This document shows, one piece after another, positions 8,685 through 16,015 of a stretch of DNA of 17,167 nucleotides. The stretch is from a virus (taxonomy: Duplodnaviria > Heunggongvirae > Uroviricota > Caudoviricetes). Location of the stretch: IMG/VR virus record IMGVR_UViG_2617270948_000004. One strand, 5' to 3'. The number at the start of each line of letters is the position of its first letter. Positions within the stretch are counted from its first letter, which is position 1. The notes under the pieces were generated by a model. That model made no database searches and was not told where the DNA came from. It was given only the letters and a program-made list of their open reading frames with translations. The position numbers and the translations under genes are program-made.

Positions 8685-8893
8685 TGCGATACCTTGAACA
8701 TATCACCACCGACGGCGAACGCTGGGATAATCTGGCATGGCATTACTACGGTGATGCACTGGCTTACGAACGCATTATCGCCGCCAATCCACATGTCGCC
8801 ATTTATCCGGTACTGCCTTCCGGTATTCAGCTCATTATTCCAGTCATTTCCGTCAACAAAACCGTATCGGAGATCCCACCATGGCTGAGATAA
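8684..8893 (+). CDS. Tail protein X (P2 gpX-like, LysM-like fold)
   Basis: 69 aa, MRYLEHITTDGERWDNLAWHYYGD...AANPHV, parallel to P2 gpX (YYGRTEGVVETVLAANPGL) as recalled. Start overlaps the preceding stop (TAATG). Confidence 0.75.
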   Translation: MRYLEHITTDGERWDNLAWHYYGDALAYERIIAANPHVAIYPVLPSGIQLIIPVISVNKTVSEIPPWLR

Positions 8894-9921
8894 GCGTAAC
8901 TGGCGGCGTCTTTGCCACGCTCGCGCCCATTTTTACCCTCTGGTATGGGCATAAAGATATCACTTATGACATCACGCCCTATGTCACCAGTATCAGTTAT
9001 CACGACAGTATTAAAAACGAGTCGGATACCATCGCGATTACACTGGATGACACCGATGGACGCTGGATAAAAGAGTGGTATCCCGGCAAAGGCGATACGC
9101 TGGCGCTGCACATGGGTTATCAGGGGGAAAAACTGCTCGATTGTGGTCAATATATCATTGATAAAATTGATATTTCAGCACCACCTTCCACGGTAAATAT
9201 TGATGGCATCGCCACTTCCGTCAATCAGGCGCTGCGCACCCGTAATAGTCAGGGCTTTGAAGAGACAACGCTTTCAGCCATCGCCAGCCGTATCGCGCAA
9301 ACTCACGGCCTGACGCTGGTGGGCAAAATCGAGCCTCTGACAATTGACCGGGTAACACAGTACGGCGAAACCGATGTTGGATTTCTCAAACGCCTGGCCA
9401 GCGAATATGGCTATGCGGTAAAGGTGACCACCAAAGAGCTGATTTTTTCGCATTTACCCACGCTGCGCTGCCTGGCGCCGGTGAAAAAGATCGACCGCAA
9501 AGACGTTTCGCATTTCACCTTCAAAGATACCATTAACCGTATCTACAAAAACGCCACAGTACAGCATCAAAATAGTAAGAAAAAAGAACTGGTTATCTAC
9601 ACTCACGACAGCCAGCAAAAGCCGTCTGCCCGTGGAGTCTGCACCAGTGCCGACACGCTAAAACTGAACAGTCGGGTGCCGGACGTTGGCGCAGCGCAGG
9701 CAAAGGCCAACGCCGCGCTCGACAGCCACAACGAATATCAACAAACCGGAACGCTCAGGATGATGGGCTGCCCGGAACTGACGGCAGGCAATAAAATCGA
9801 GCTAACCGATTTTGGTGTGCTTTCCGGTCAGTGGCTGATTGATAAATCTACTCACAGTTTTGTGCGCAGTGGCTATACCACTGAAATCGACATTTCACGC
9901 GGGCCAGCGACCAGCCAGTAA
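8881..9921 (+). CDS. Tail/baseplate hub protein (P2 gpD-like late control protein D / Mu P-like)
   Basis: 346 aa, overlapping the gpX-like gene; size and position are typical of gpD. Confidence 0.8.
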   Translation: MAEISVTGGVFATLAPIFTLWYGHKDITYDITPYVTSISYHDSIKNESDTIAITLDDTDGRWIKEWYPGKGDTLALHMGYQGEKLLDCGQYIIDKIDISAPPSTVNIDGIATSVNQALRTRNSQGFEETTLSAIASRIAQTHGLTLVGKIEPLTIDRVTQYGETDVGFLKRLASEYGYAVKVTTKELIFSHLPTLRCLAPVKKIDRKDVSHFTFKDTINRIYKNATVQHQNSKKKELVIYTHDSQQKPSARGVCTSADTLKLNSRVPDVGAAQAKANAALDSHNEYQQTGTLRMMGCPELTAGNKIELTDFGVLSGQWLIDKSTHSFVRSGYTTEIDISRGPATSQ

Positions 9922-9930
9922 GGAGGCAAT

Positions 9931-10632
9931 ATGAAAGGAGTAACACGGCAAACGGGGATTATCAGCGATATTGACGAAACCAGCGTTCGGGTGCGGGTCA
10001 CGCTACCAGAGTGTGACAATCTGAAGAGTAACTGGCTTGCGGTGCTGCAGCGCAATTCTCAGGACAATAAAGACTACTGGCTACCGGATATGGGAGAGCA
10101 GGTGGAAGTTCTGCTGGATGATAACGGTGAAGATGGAGTAGTGCTGGGCGCAGTATATTCAACGGTAGATACCGCGCCAGTAGCATCGCGCGATAAAAGG
10201 TATGTCCAGTTTTCCGATGGCGCAGCGTTTGAATATGACCGCAGCACCCACCAGCTTACGATTAATGGCGGCATTGAAAAAATCGTGATTGAGGTTATCG
10301 ACCATACCCGCCTGACATCGCCCAACGTTGAGGTTAAAGCCCAACACGTCACCGTGACTTCCGACACTGTTGATGTGAAAGCCACCGATGTCAGCATTGA
10401 AGCCAGTAAGGTGGATGTTAAAGCGATGACTGTAACGGTAGACGCACCGCTCAGTACCTTTACCGGCAACGTCACGGTGATGAAAAAACTGACCTGGCTG
10501 GGTGGCATGGCAGGAAGTGGAGGCATCGGTAATGCCGCCACGATAACCGGCAATGTCAACGTGATTGGTAACGTGCAGGCCAGCGGCACATTGCAGGACA
10601 GCGGTGGCAACTCCAACCACCATTCACACTGA
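9931..10632 (+). CDS. Baseplate central spike protein (P2 gpV-like / Mu Q-like)
   Basis: 233 aa with strong AAGGAGG RBS. The segment QFSDGAAFEYDRSTHQLTING parallels P2 gpV RFPDGAVIEYEPETSALTVSG. Beta-helical V/T-rich repeats and a His-rich C-terminal tip (NSNHHSH), consistent with a metal-binding spike apex. Confidence 0.85.
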   Translation: MKGVTRQTGIISDIDETSVRVRVTLPECDNLKSNWLAVLQRNSQDNKDYWLPDMGEQVEVLLDDNGEDGVVLGAVYSTVDTAPVASRDKRYVQFSDGAAFEYDRSTHQLTINGGIEKIVIEVIDHTRLTSPNVEVKAQHVTVTSDTVDVKATDVSIEASKVDVKAMTVTVDAPLSTFTGNVTVMKKLTWLGGMAGSGGIGNAATITGNVNVIGNVQASGTLQDSGGNSNHHSH

Positions 10633-10637
10633 CTTTT

Positions 10638-10667
10638 AACCCGCCTGATGGCGGGGTTTCTCTTTTT
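10638..10667 (+). terminator. Rho-independent terminator-like hairpin after the spike gene
   Basis: GC-rich stem (CCCGCC / GGCGGG) with 4-nt loop TGAT, followed by the T-rich run TTTCTCTTTTT, 6 nt after the gpV stop. Confidence 0.55.
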
Positions 10668-10730
10668 AATCAACCAGTTTTCTAAACCGCTTTAATATCT
10701 CCTCCGCCTGTTCAGGGCGAAAATGCCCTC

Positions 10731-11090
10731 ATGAACACGAAAACACGCCCCTCTACGCTGCACTGGCAACCCGCCTTGCAGCGGCCTGAAGAATACGTCT
10801 GCGGACTGGATGATATTCACCAGGCAATACACATCATTCTGCGCACACCGCGCGGCAGTGATCCCCACAGACCGCTGTTTGGTAGCAACTTGTGGCACTA
10901 CATCGATTATCCCATCGAGCGGGCGATCCCGCATGTGGTACGGGAGTCTGTAGAGGCCATTCGCCAGTGGGAAGCGCGCTGCCGGTTGCTGAAGGTGACA
11001 CCGGTAATCGACGGGGAACATCTGACGTTACGTGTGCAATGGCGCGCCGCTGACGGCGTAATCAACTCAACGGAGGTGTTATGGCGATAG
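10731..11090 (+). CDS. Baseplate wedge protein (P2 gpW-like, GPW/gp25 family)
   Basis: 119 aa; the motif IHQAIHIILRTPRGSDPHRPLFGSNL parallels P2 gpW ISQSIGDILRTPVGSRVMRRDYGSLL. Confidence 0.8.
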   Translation: MNTKTRPSTLHWQPALQRPEEYVCGLDDIHQAIHIILRTPRGSDPHRPLFGSNLWHYIDYPIERAIPHVVRESVEAIRQWEARCRLLKVTPVIDGEHLTLRVQWRAADGVINSTEVLWR

Positions 11091-12196
11091 CCGAACCCAA
11101 TTTTATTGACCGCGATCCTGCGCAAATTACCAGCGAGATGATTGCGCAGTACGAAGATGCCAGCGGCAAAAAGCTCTACCCGGCACAGGCCGAGCGGTTG
11201 CTGATTGACCTTTTTGCCTATCGTGAAAACCTTGTACGCATCGCCATTCAGGAAGCGGCGAAACAGAACCTGGTCGCGTATTCCCGCGCGCCAATGCTGG
11301 ATTATTTAGGGGAACTGGTGGGCGTTCACCGCTTACCTGCGCAGCCAGCAAAAACGACGTTGCAGTTTTCGGTAGTCAATGCGTATACAAGCAACATCCT
11401 GATCCCCCAAGGAACACGAGCCAGCGCCTCTGACAGCGTGATGTTTGCTACCGATGAAGATGTTCTGATTCCGGCGGGAAGTTTGCATATCGCCGTTCCC
11501 GCCACCAGTCTGACAACAGGCGAAGCGGGCAATGGCTGGCAGCCTGCACAAATTAGCGCCCTTGTTGACAGGATTGGTTATTACGATATCAACGTAACCA
11601 ACCTGACTGCTTCAACGGGCGGCTGCGGTGAAGAGAGTGATGACGCACTGCGCCAACGGATCCAACTGGCGCCGGAAAGTTTCAGTAATGCGGGTAGCTA
11701 TGGTGCCTACCGCTTTCATACGTTTTCCGTAAGCCAGTCGATTATTGACGTTGCGGTCCTGGGGCCGGACGAAGGATTACCAGAAGGCTGCGTGGAGATC
11801 TACCCGCTAACGCTGAATGGTCTGCCGGGCGTGGAACTGCTCGCGCAAATTGAACTGGAGGTTAGTAAGGAGAAAAAACGTCCGCTGACCGACAAAGTAA
11901 GTGCGAAATGCGCCGTTAGGGTGCCGTATGAGATCCGTGCGCAGCTCACACTGTTTACCACTGCCGATCAGGAGACAACGCTGGCTGCGGCGCGTAAAGC
12001 AATTAGCCTCTGGACGCAACAGCGGCAGACACATCTGGGACAGGACATTGTGCCAAACCAGATAATCAAAGTATTGCAGGTCGATGGCGTCTATGACGTT
12101 GTGCTGAACATGCCCACAAAACGTATTTTGCGGGCGCATGAGTGGGCGGAATGCACCGCGATAGACGTCACGATTGCCGGAGTCAGCGATGGATAA
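11081..12196 (+). CDS. Baseplate protein J (P2 gpJ-like / Mu gp47-like)
   Basis: 371 aa, overlapping the gpW end; size, position and overall similarity to P2 gpJ. Confidence 0.85.
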   Translation: MAIAEPNFIDRDPAQITSEMIAQYEDASGKKLYPAQAERLLIDLFAYRENLVRIAIQEAAKQNLVAYSRAPMLDYLGELVGVHRLPAQPAKTTLQFSVVNAYTSNILIPQGTRASASDSVMFATDEDVLIPAGSLHIAVPATSLTTGEAGNGWQPAQISALVDRIGYYDINVTNLTASTGGCGEESDDALRQRIQLAPESFSNAGSYGAYRFHTFSVSQSIIDVAVLGPDEGLPEGCVEIYPLTLNGLPGVELLAQIELEVSKEKKRPLTDKVSAKCAVRVPYEIRAQLTLFTTADQETTLAAARKAISLWTQQRQTHLGQDIVPNQIIKVLQVDGVYDVVLNMPTKRILRAHEWAECTAIDVTIAGVSDG

Positions 12197-12905
12197 ATTG
12201 CTGCCGCCACCACCGCTTGCCAGCGATGAGCGTTTTTCAACTCTGGCAAATATCGCCGCCGAGCGTTTTGCCCAACTCGATCTGACGGCGTTGATGGTTT
12301 ATCTGGTAGACCTGGTTGATGCTTCGGCATTACCTGCCCTTGCAGAACAATTTCACGTTCAGGGGCTGGAAGGTTGGTTATTTACCACTGATGAACGGGA
12401 GAAGCGAGAGTTAATTAAGCAAGCCATTGAGCTGCATAAATATAAAGGAACGATTTGGGCGGTACGGCGGGTACTGGAAATACTTTCTCTACCAGGAACT
12501 ATTTCAGAATGGTTTGAATATGAGGGGAAGGCTTATTTTTTTAAGGTTGATATTACACTAGAGGAAAAAGGATTAAATGAAGATGATTTTAATGCACTTA
12601 TCGCATTAATTCACGAATATAAAAATGTTCGTTCAAAACTTGAAAGCATTACCATCTGGCTTATTAACCAAAGTCAAATACCGGTTATTGGCAGCGCAAT
12701 CCAGGGCGGGGAGGTTATTACTGTATTACCCCCTATTGCGGAAAGTATTTGCCAGTCATCGACACTATTTTTAGCGACAGGTTACTGTGTTGAGGAATAC
12801 ATAAATCTCTTTCCGTATCAACCTGATCGCATTACACAATCCCAACCGATTCATGTCGGCACAGGATACTGGAGTACCGAAATTATGTCTGTATACCCGG
12901 AGTAA
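12189..12905 (+). CDS. Tail protein I (P2 gpI-like)
   Basis: ATG at 12189 overlaps the gpJ stop (the track start at 12174 is TTG). The motif HKYKGTIWAVRRVLEIL parallels P2 gpI HCHKGTIGAIRRVVEPL. The C-terminal half is markedly AT-rich. Confidence 0.8.
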   Translation: MDKLLPPPPLASDERFSTLANIAAERFAQLDLTALMVYLVDLVDASALPALAEQFHVQGLEGWLFTTDEREKRELIKQAIELHKYKGTIWAVRRVLEILSLPGTISEWFEYEGKAYFFKVDITLEEKGLNEDDFNALIALIHEYKNVRSKLESITIWLINQSQIPVIGSAIQGGEVITVLPPIAESICQSSTLFLATGYCVEEYINLFPYQPDRITQSQPIHVGTGYWSTEIMSVYPE

Positions 12906-12907
12906 AT

Positions 12908-14404
12908 ATGGCAAGTGAATTTTTTACAATATTAACCAGCGCAGGCAAATCAAAAATTGCCTCTGCGCTGGCGGAGCAAAAACAGATCCGCCTACAAACG
13001 ATGGTAGTCGGCGATGGCAATGGTCATTATGTCGAGCCGACAGAAAGTCAGACCAAAGTTGTGCATGAAGTCTGGCGTGGGCAACTAAATACCTTAAAGA
13101 TTGCGCCTGATAATCCAGCCTGGGTTATCGCAGAGACTATTATTCCTGAACAAGTAGGTGGCTGGTACGTCCGCGAGGTTGGGCTACTGGATGCTGACGG
13201 CACGCTAGTAGCTATTGGCAAATTTCCGGAAACCTATAAACCGCTATTACCTACAGGCGCCAGTAAGCAAATTGTTATTCGCGCGGTTATGGAAGTGACC
13301 AATGCTGACGCGGTGACGCTTTTGATCGACCCTTCAGTCGTTATGGCAACCAGGGAGTATGTCGATGACGCGCTGAAAACACATCAGCAATCACGAAATC
13401 ATCCTGATGCGACGCTGACACAAAAAGGTTTTACACAGCTGAGCAATGCGACTAATAGCGATGATGAGACTAAAGCAGCCACGCCAAAAGCGGTAAAAAC
13501 GGCATATGACCTGGCAAATAGTAAAGCCGCCACTAGTCATGCTCATGCCTGGAATCAGATTACTGGTATCCCTGACGGTACGCTGACGCAGAAAGGGATC
13601 GTTAAACTTAACAACACGACAAATAGCGCCAGTACGACGGAAGCTGCAACGCCAAGTGCGGTTAAGGCAGTGTATGACCTGGCAAATAGTAAAGCCGCCA
13701 CTAGTCATATTCATGCCTGGAATCAGATTACCGGTATCCCTGATGGTACGCTGACGCAGAAAGGAGTCGTTAAACTTAACAACACGACAAATAGCACCAG
13801 TTCGACGGAAGCTGCAACACCAAGTGCGGTTAAGGCGGTGTATGACCTTGCTAATGGCAAGGCTTCGGCAAGTCATACGCACGCATGGGAGCAGATTACC
13901 AACATTCCCGACGCAACTCTTGGTAAGAAAGGAATTGTTCAGCTAAGCAGTATCGTCCCTAGTACCAGTACAACAGAAGCAGCAACGCCATACTCAGTTA
14001 AGGTTGCCTATGACCTTGCGAACACTAAAGCTCCGGCAAGCCATGCTCATCCATGGAATCAAATTACTGGTATCCCAGACGGTACGCTGACGCAAAAAGG
14101 GATTGTGAAGCTTAATAACACAACAAACAGCACCAGTACGACAGAGGCAGCGACACCCAGTGCGGTGAAGGCAGCAATGGACAAAGCAAATACAGCGTTG
14201 AATAACACCACTGCATCTATATCAGATGTCAGACTAGGTGCTAAATTTGATCAGGTTATGGCAAAAGGGGGGCGCTATGAATTCTCTGGTAATGTTCTGA
14301 CTGGGTTGAGAATTATCGGAGAAGTAGATGGAGATGATCTCGCTATATTTCGCCCACTTCAGATAAAGGTTAGAAATTCTTGGTATACGGTAGGGCAACT
14401 TTAA
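12908..14404 (+). CDS. Tail fiber protein (P2 gpH-like N- and C-termini with expanded internal repeats)
   Basis: 498 aa with GGAG RBS. The N-terminus (VGDGNGHYVEP...HEVWRGQLN...VGGWYVREVGLLDADGTLVAIGKFPETYKP) and C-terminus (VRLGAKFDQVMAKGGRYEFSGNVLTGLRIIGEVDGDDLAIFRPLQ) closely parallel P2 gpH as recalled; the middle is a repeat array. Confidence 0.85.
   Translation: MASEFFTILTSAGKSKIASALAEQKQIRLQTMVVGDGNGHYVEPTESQTKVVHEVWRGQLNTLKIAPDNPAWVIAETIIPEQVGGWYVREVGLLDADGTLVAIGKFPETYKPLLPTGASKQIVIRAVMEVTNADAVTLLIDPSVVMATREYVDDALKTHQQSRNHPDATLTQKGFTQLSNATNSDDETKAATPKAVKTAYDLANSKAATSHAHAWNQITGIPDGTLTQKGIVKLNNTTNSASTTEAATPSAVKAVYDLANSKAATSHIHAWNQITGIPDGTLTQKGVVKLNNTTNSTSSTEAATPSAVKAVYDLANGKASASHTHAWEQITNIPDATLGKKGIVQLSSIVPSTSTTEAATPYSVKVAYDLANTKAPASHAHPWNQITGIPDGTLTQKGIVKLNNTTNSTSTTEAATPSAVKAAMDKANTALNNTTASISDVRLGAKFDQVMAKGGRYEFSGNVLTGLRIIGEVDGDDLAIFRPLQIKVRNSWYTVGQL
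13406..14210 (+). repeat. In-frame tandem repeat array, about 4.8 copies of a 168-bp (56-aa) unit, inside the tail fiber gene
   Basis: Units begin at 13406, 13574, 13742, 13910 and 14078 (partial). Each encodes D(A/G)TLTQKG-V-LNNTTNS-S-TEAATPSAVKAVYDLANSKAATSH-H-WNQITGIP. Copies 2 and 3 are nearly identical at the nucleotide level; other copies differ mainly at synonymous positions. Confidence 0.9.
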
Positions 14405-15057
14405 TGGGATATAAAAATTTTACACTCTATAAACCAACAGAAAGTATTGGTGGTATTTTTTATCTAAAATCTGATGACGATGTTGATTGGTACGAGGCAC
14501 AAAAAAACTTTTCTACCGAAACGTTAAAAATTGCTTATGACAGCACAGGTAGAATTTGCATTGCGGATACTGATGCCTCAGCGATTTGGCCAATAAATTT
14601 ATCTATCAGTGAGATCTCATCTGAGAATGTTCCTGATGATTTTTCAACAAATGGGAAATGGCTCTGGAATGGCGAAAGTATAATCAGCTCTGTAACAATC
14701 GTAACCGCTAAAAAAAATAAAGTAGAGGATATCAAAAATCAACGCGATACCATCACAACCAACTACATCATCATCAACGACCATCACTTCCACAGTGATA
14801 CAAATAGCCGTATCCAACAGCTTTCACTCACTAAAATGGGAGCGGAGAAAAAAATTCCGCCAGGTTTAATGTGGAAAACTAAAAATGACGGTCTGATCGA
14901 GTTAACCAACGAAATCGCCGCCCAGTTTGAATCGGTAACAATGGATCACGATATGCGCTTATTGGCCAACGCCCAGCACCATATCGCGGCGGTGGAAGCA
15001 CTGGACGATATTCAGGCAGTGCTCGACTACGATTACTCCACAGGCTGGCAACCATGA
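14404..15057 (+). CDS. Tail fiber assembly protein (P2 gpG / Tfa-like)
   Basis: ATG at 14404 overlaps the fiber stop (TAATG). The N-terminal region DWYEAQKNFSTETLKIAYDSTGRICIADTDAS parallels P2 gpG [32 protein letters not shown]. AT-rich. Confidence 0.75.
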   Translation: MGYKNFTLYKPTESIGGIFYLKSDDDVDWYEAQKNFSTETLKIAYDSTGRICIADTDASAIWPINLSISEISSENVPDDFSTNGKWLWNGESIISSVTIVTAKKNKVEDIKNQRDTITTNYIIINDHHFHSDTNSRIQQLSLTKMGAEKKIPPGLMWKTKNDGLIELTNEIAAQFESVTMDHDMRLLANAQHHIAAVEALDDIQAVLDYDYSTGWQP

Positions 15058-15509
15058 GTAAAACCACTGTCTGGCTCGCTTGTTATAAGGGCCGAACAGA
15101 GCACCGTGGTGTTGCCCGACTGGCTGACTGGCTTACCCGTAAAGTGACACGTGGTAGTTATTCCCACTGTGAATTAGCCGTTAAGCATGGTGAAAAGAGT
15201 TACCTTTGTTACTCTGCATCACTACGCGATCGCGGCGTTCGGGGAAAGATAATGCCTTTACCGCCAGATAAGTGGGATATGCTGCCGCTCCAGGCCTGCC
15301 TTCAGGACGTGGAAACGTTTTTCCATAAACATGATGGCAAAAAATACGACTGGCGCGGAGCCTTAGGAATTATCACCGGCAATAAAGAACAGTGCGATCG
15401 CCTGTTTTGCAGTGAATTTTGTGCTGAATTCCTGCAATTAAAAGACAGCTGGCGATACTCACCAAATCACCTGTATGCCTTAGTAAGTAGCTGGCAATCC
15501 CATCCGTAA
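15054..15509 (+). CDS. Hypothetical Cys/His-containing protein; possible permuted papain-fold (NlpC/P60-like) hydrolase
   Basis: 151-aa ORF translationally coupled to the fiber assembly gene (ATGA overlap). Contains a His motif (SYSHCELAV) N-terminal to a Cys motif (LFCSEFCAEF), the order expected for circularly permuted papain-like enzymes. The function is inferred from motif order only. Confidence 0.45.
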   Translation: MSKTTVWLACYKGRTEHRGVARLADWLTRKVTRGSYSHCELAVKHGEKSYLCYSASLRDRGVRGKIMPLPPDKWDMLPLQACLQDVETFFHKHDGKKYDWRGALGIITGNKEQCDRLFCSEFCAEFLQLKDSWRYSPNHLYALVSSWQSHP

Positions 15510-15515
15510 ATCACA

Positions 15516-15540
15516 CCGGGCACAATGCCCGGTTCCTTAT
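15516..15540 (+). terminator. Hairpin with weak T-tract after the 151-aa gene
   Basis: CCGGGCA-CAA-TGCCCGG (7-bp stem), followed by TTCCTTAT, 7 nt after the stop codon. Confidence 0.4.
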
Positions 15541-16015
15541 ATACTCTAAATAGCTTATATGGACACCTCCCCAATGCAAGCACGGTTAGACAGAGAAAAT
15601 GGTCTCTGTGCCTTACCCCGAAAGGGCTGACCGAAAATGGAGAACTATTCCGCTTGGCTATTTAGAATTAGGTATAACATATTTATAAAAAATATCATCC
15701 CAAACAAAGCATTCACTTGAAGAATAAAAGCAATTTTTAAACATAAATATATTGCGTTATAAATCACTTCAAATATAGTTTGTCCTTTTGATACCCTCAT
15801 AGACGATGCGAGGAAACAGCGTGTTTCTATCTCACTCCTCTGGAAAAGTAAGGTTATCACTAATAAAAATGAGTCAGATAACACGTTGCCGCTGGCACGC
15901 CACAAAGATAGAGGCTTAAGTAGGATAACATTCACATACTATGCATATACACTGATTCCTCATTTGCTTATAAAAATTCAATAAAGCAAAATAACAATAG
16001 AAAGGATAATACGTC

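Noticed and set aside
13391-13882. 163-aa minus-strand ORF and CRISPR-like periodicity inside the tail fiber gene
   Set aside because: The periodic units are 168-bp in-frame coding repeats with no spacers, and the minus-strand ORF is an antisense artefact of the repeats (its translation is itself repetitive).
12908-15509. Tail fiber switching system (Gin/Cin/Pin-type invertase with alternative fiber C-termini)
   Set aside because: Looked for a recombinase gene and for inverted alternative fiber or Tfa segments downstream of the fiber; none is present. The fiber and Tfa occur as single copies in one orientation.
15645-15935. 96-aa minus-strand ORF in the AT-rich spacer
   Set aside because: Non-ATG start, no RBS, hydrophobic low-complexity translation of AT-rich DNA. 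Insufficient support; it cannot be excluded as a small membrane protein without expression data.
15510-16015. tRNA gene or attachment site marking the element's right end
   Set aside because: No cloverleaf-compatible sequence or recognisable tRNA 3-prime end was seen. Only short hairpins are present, so the boundary cannot be called from this window alone.
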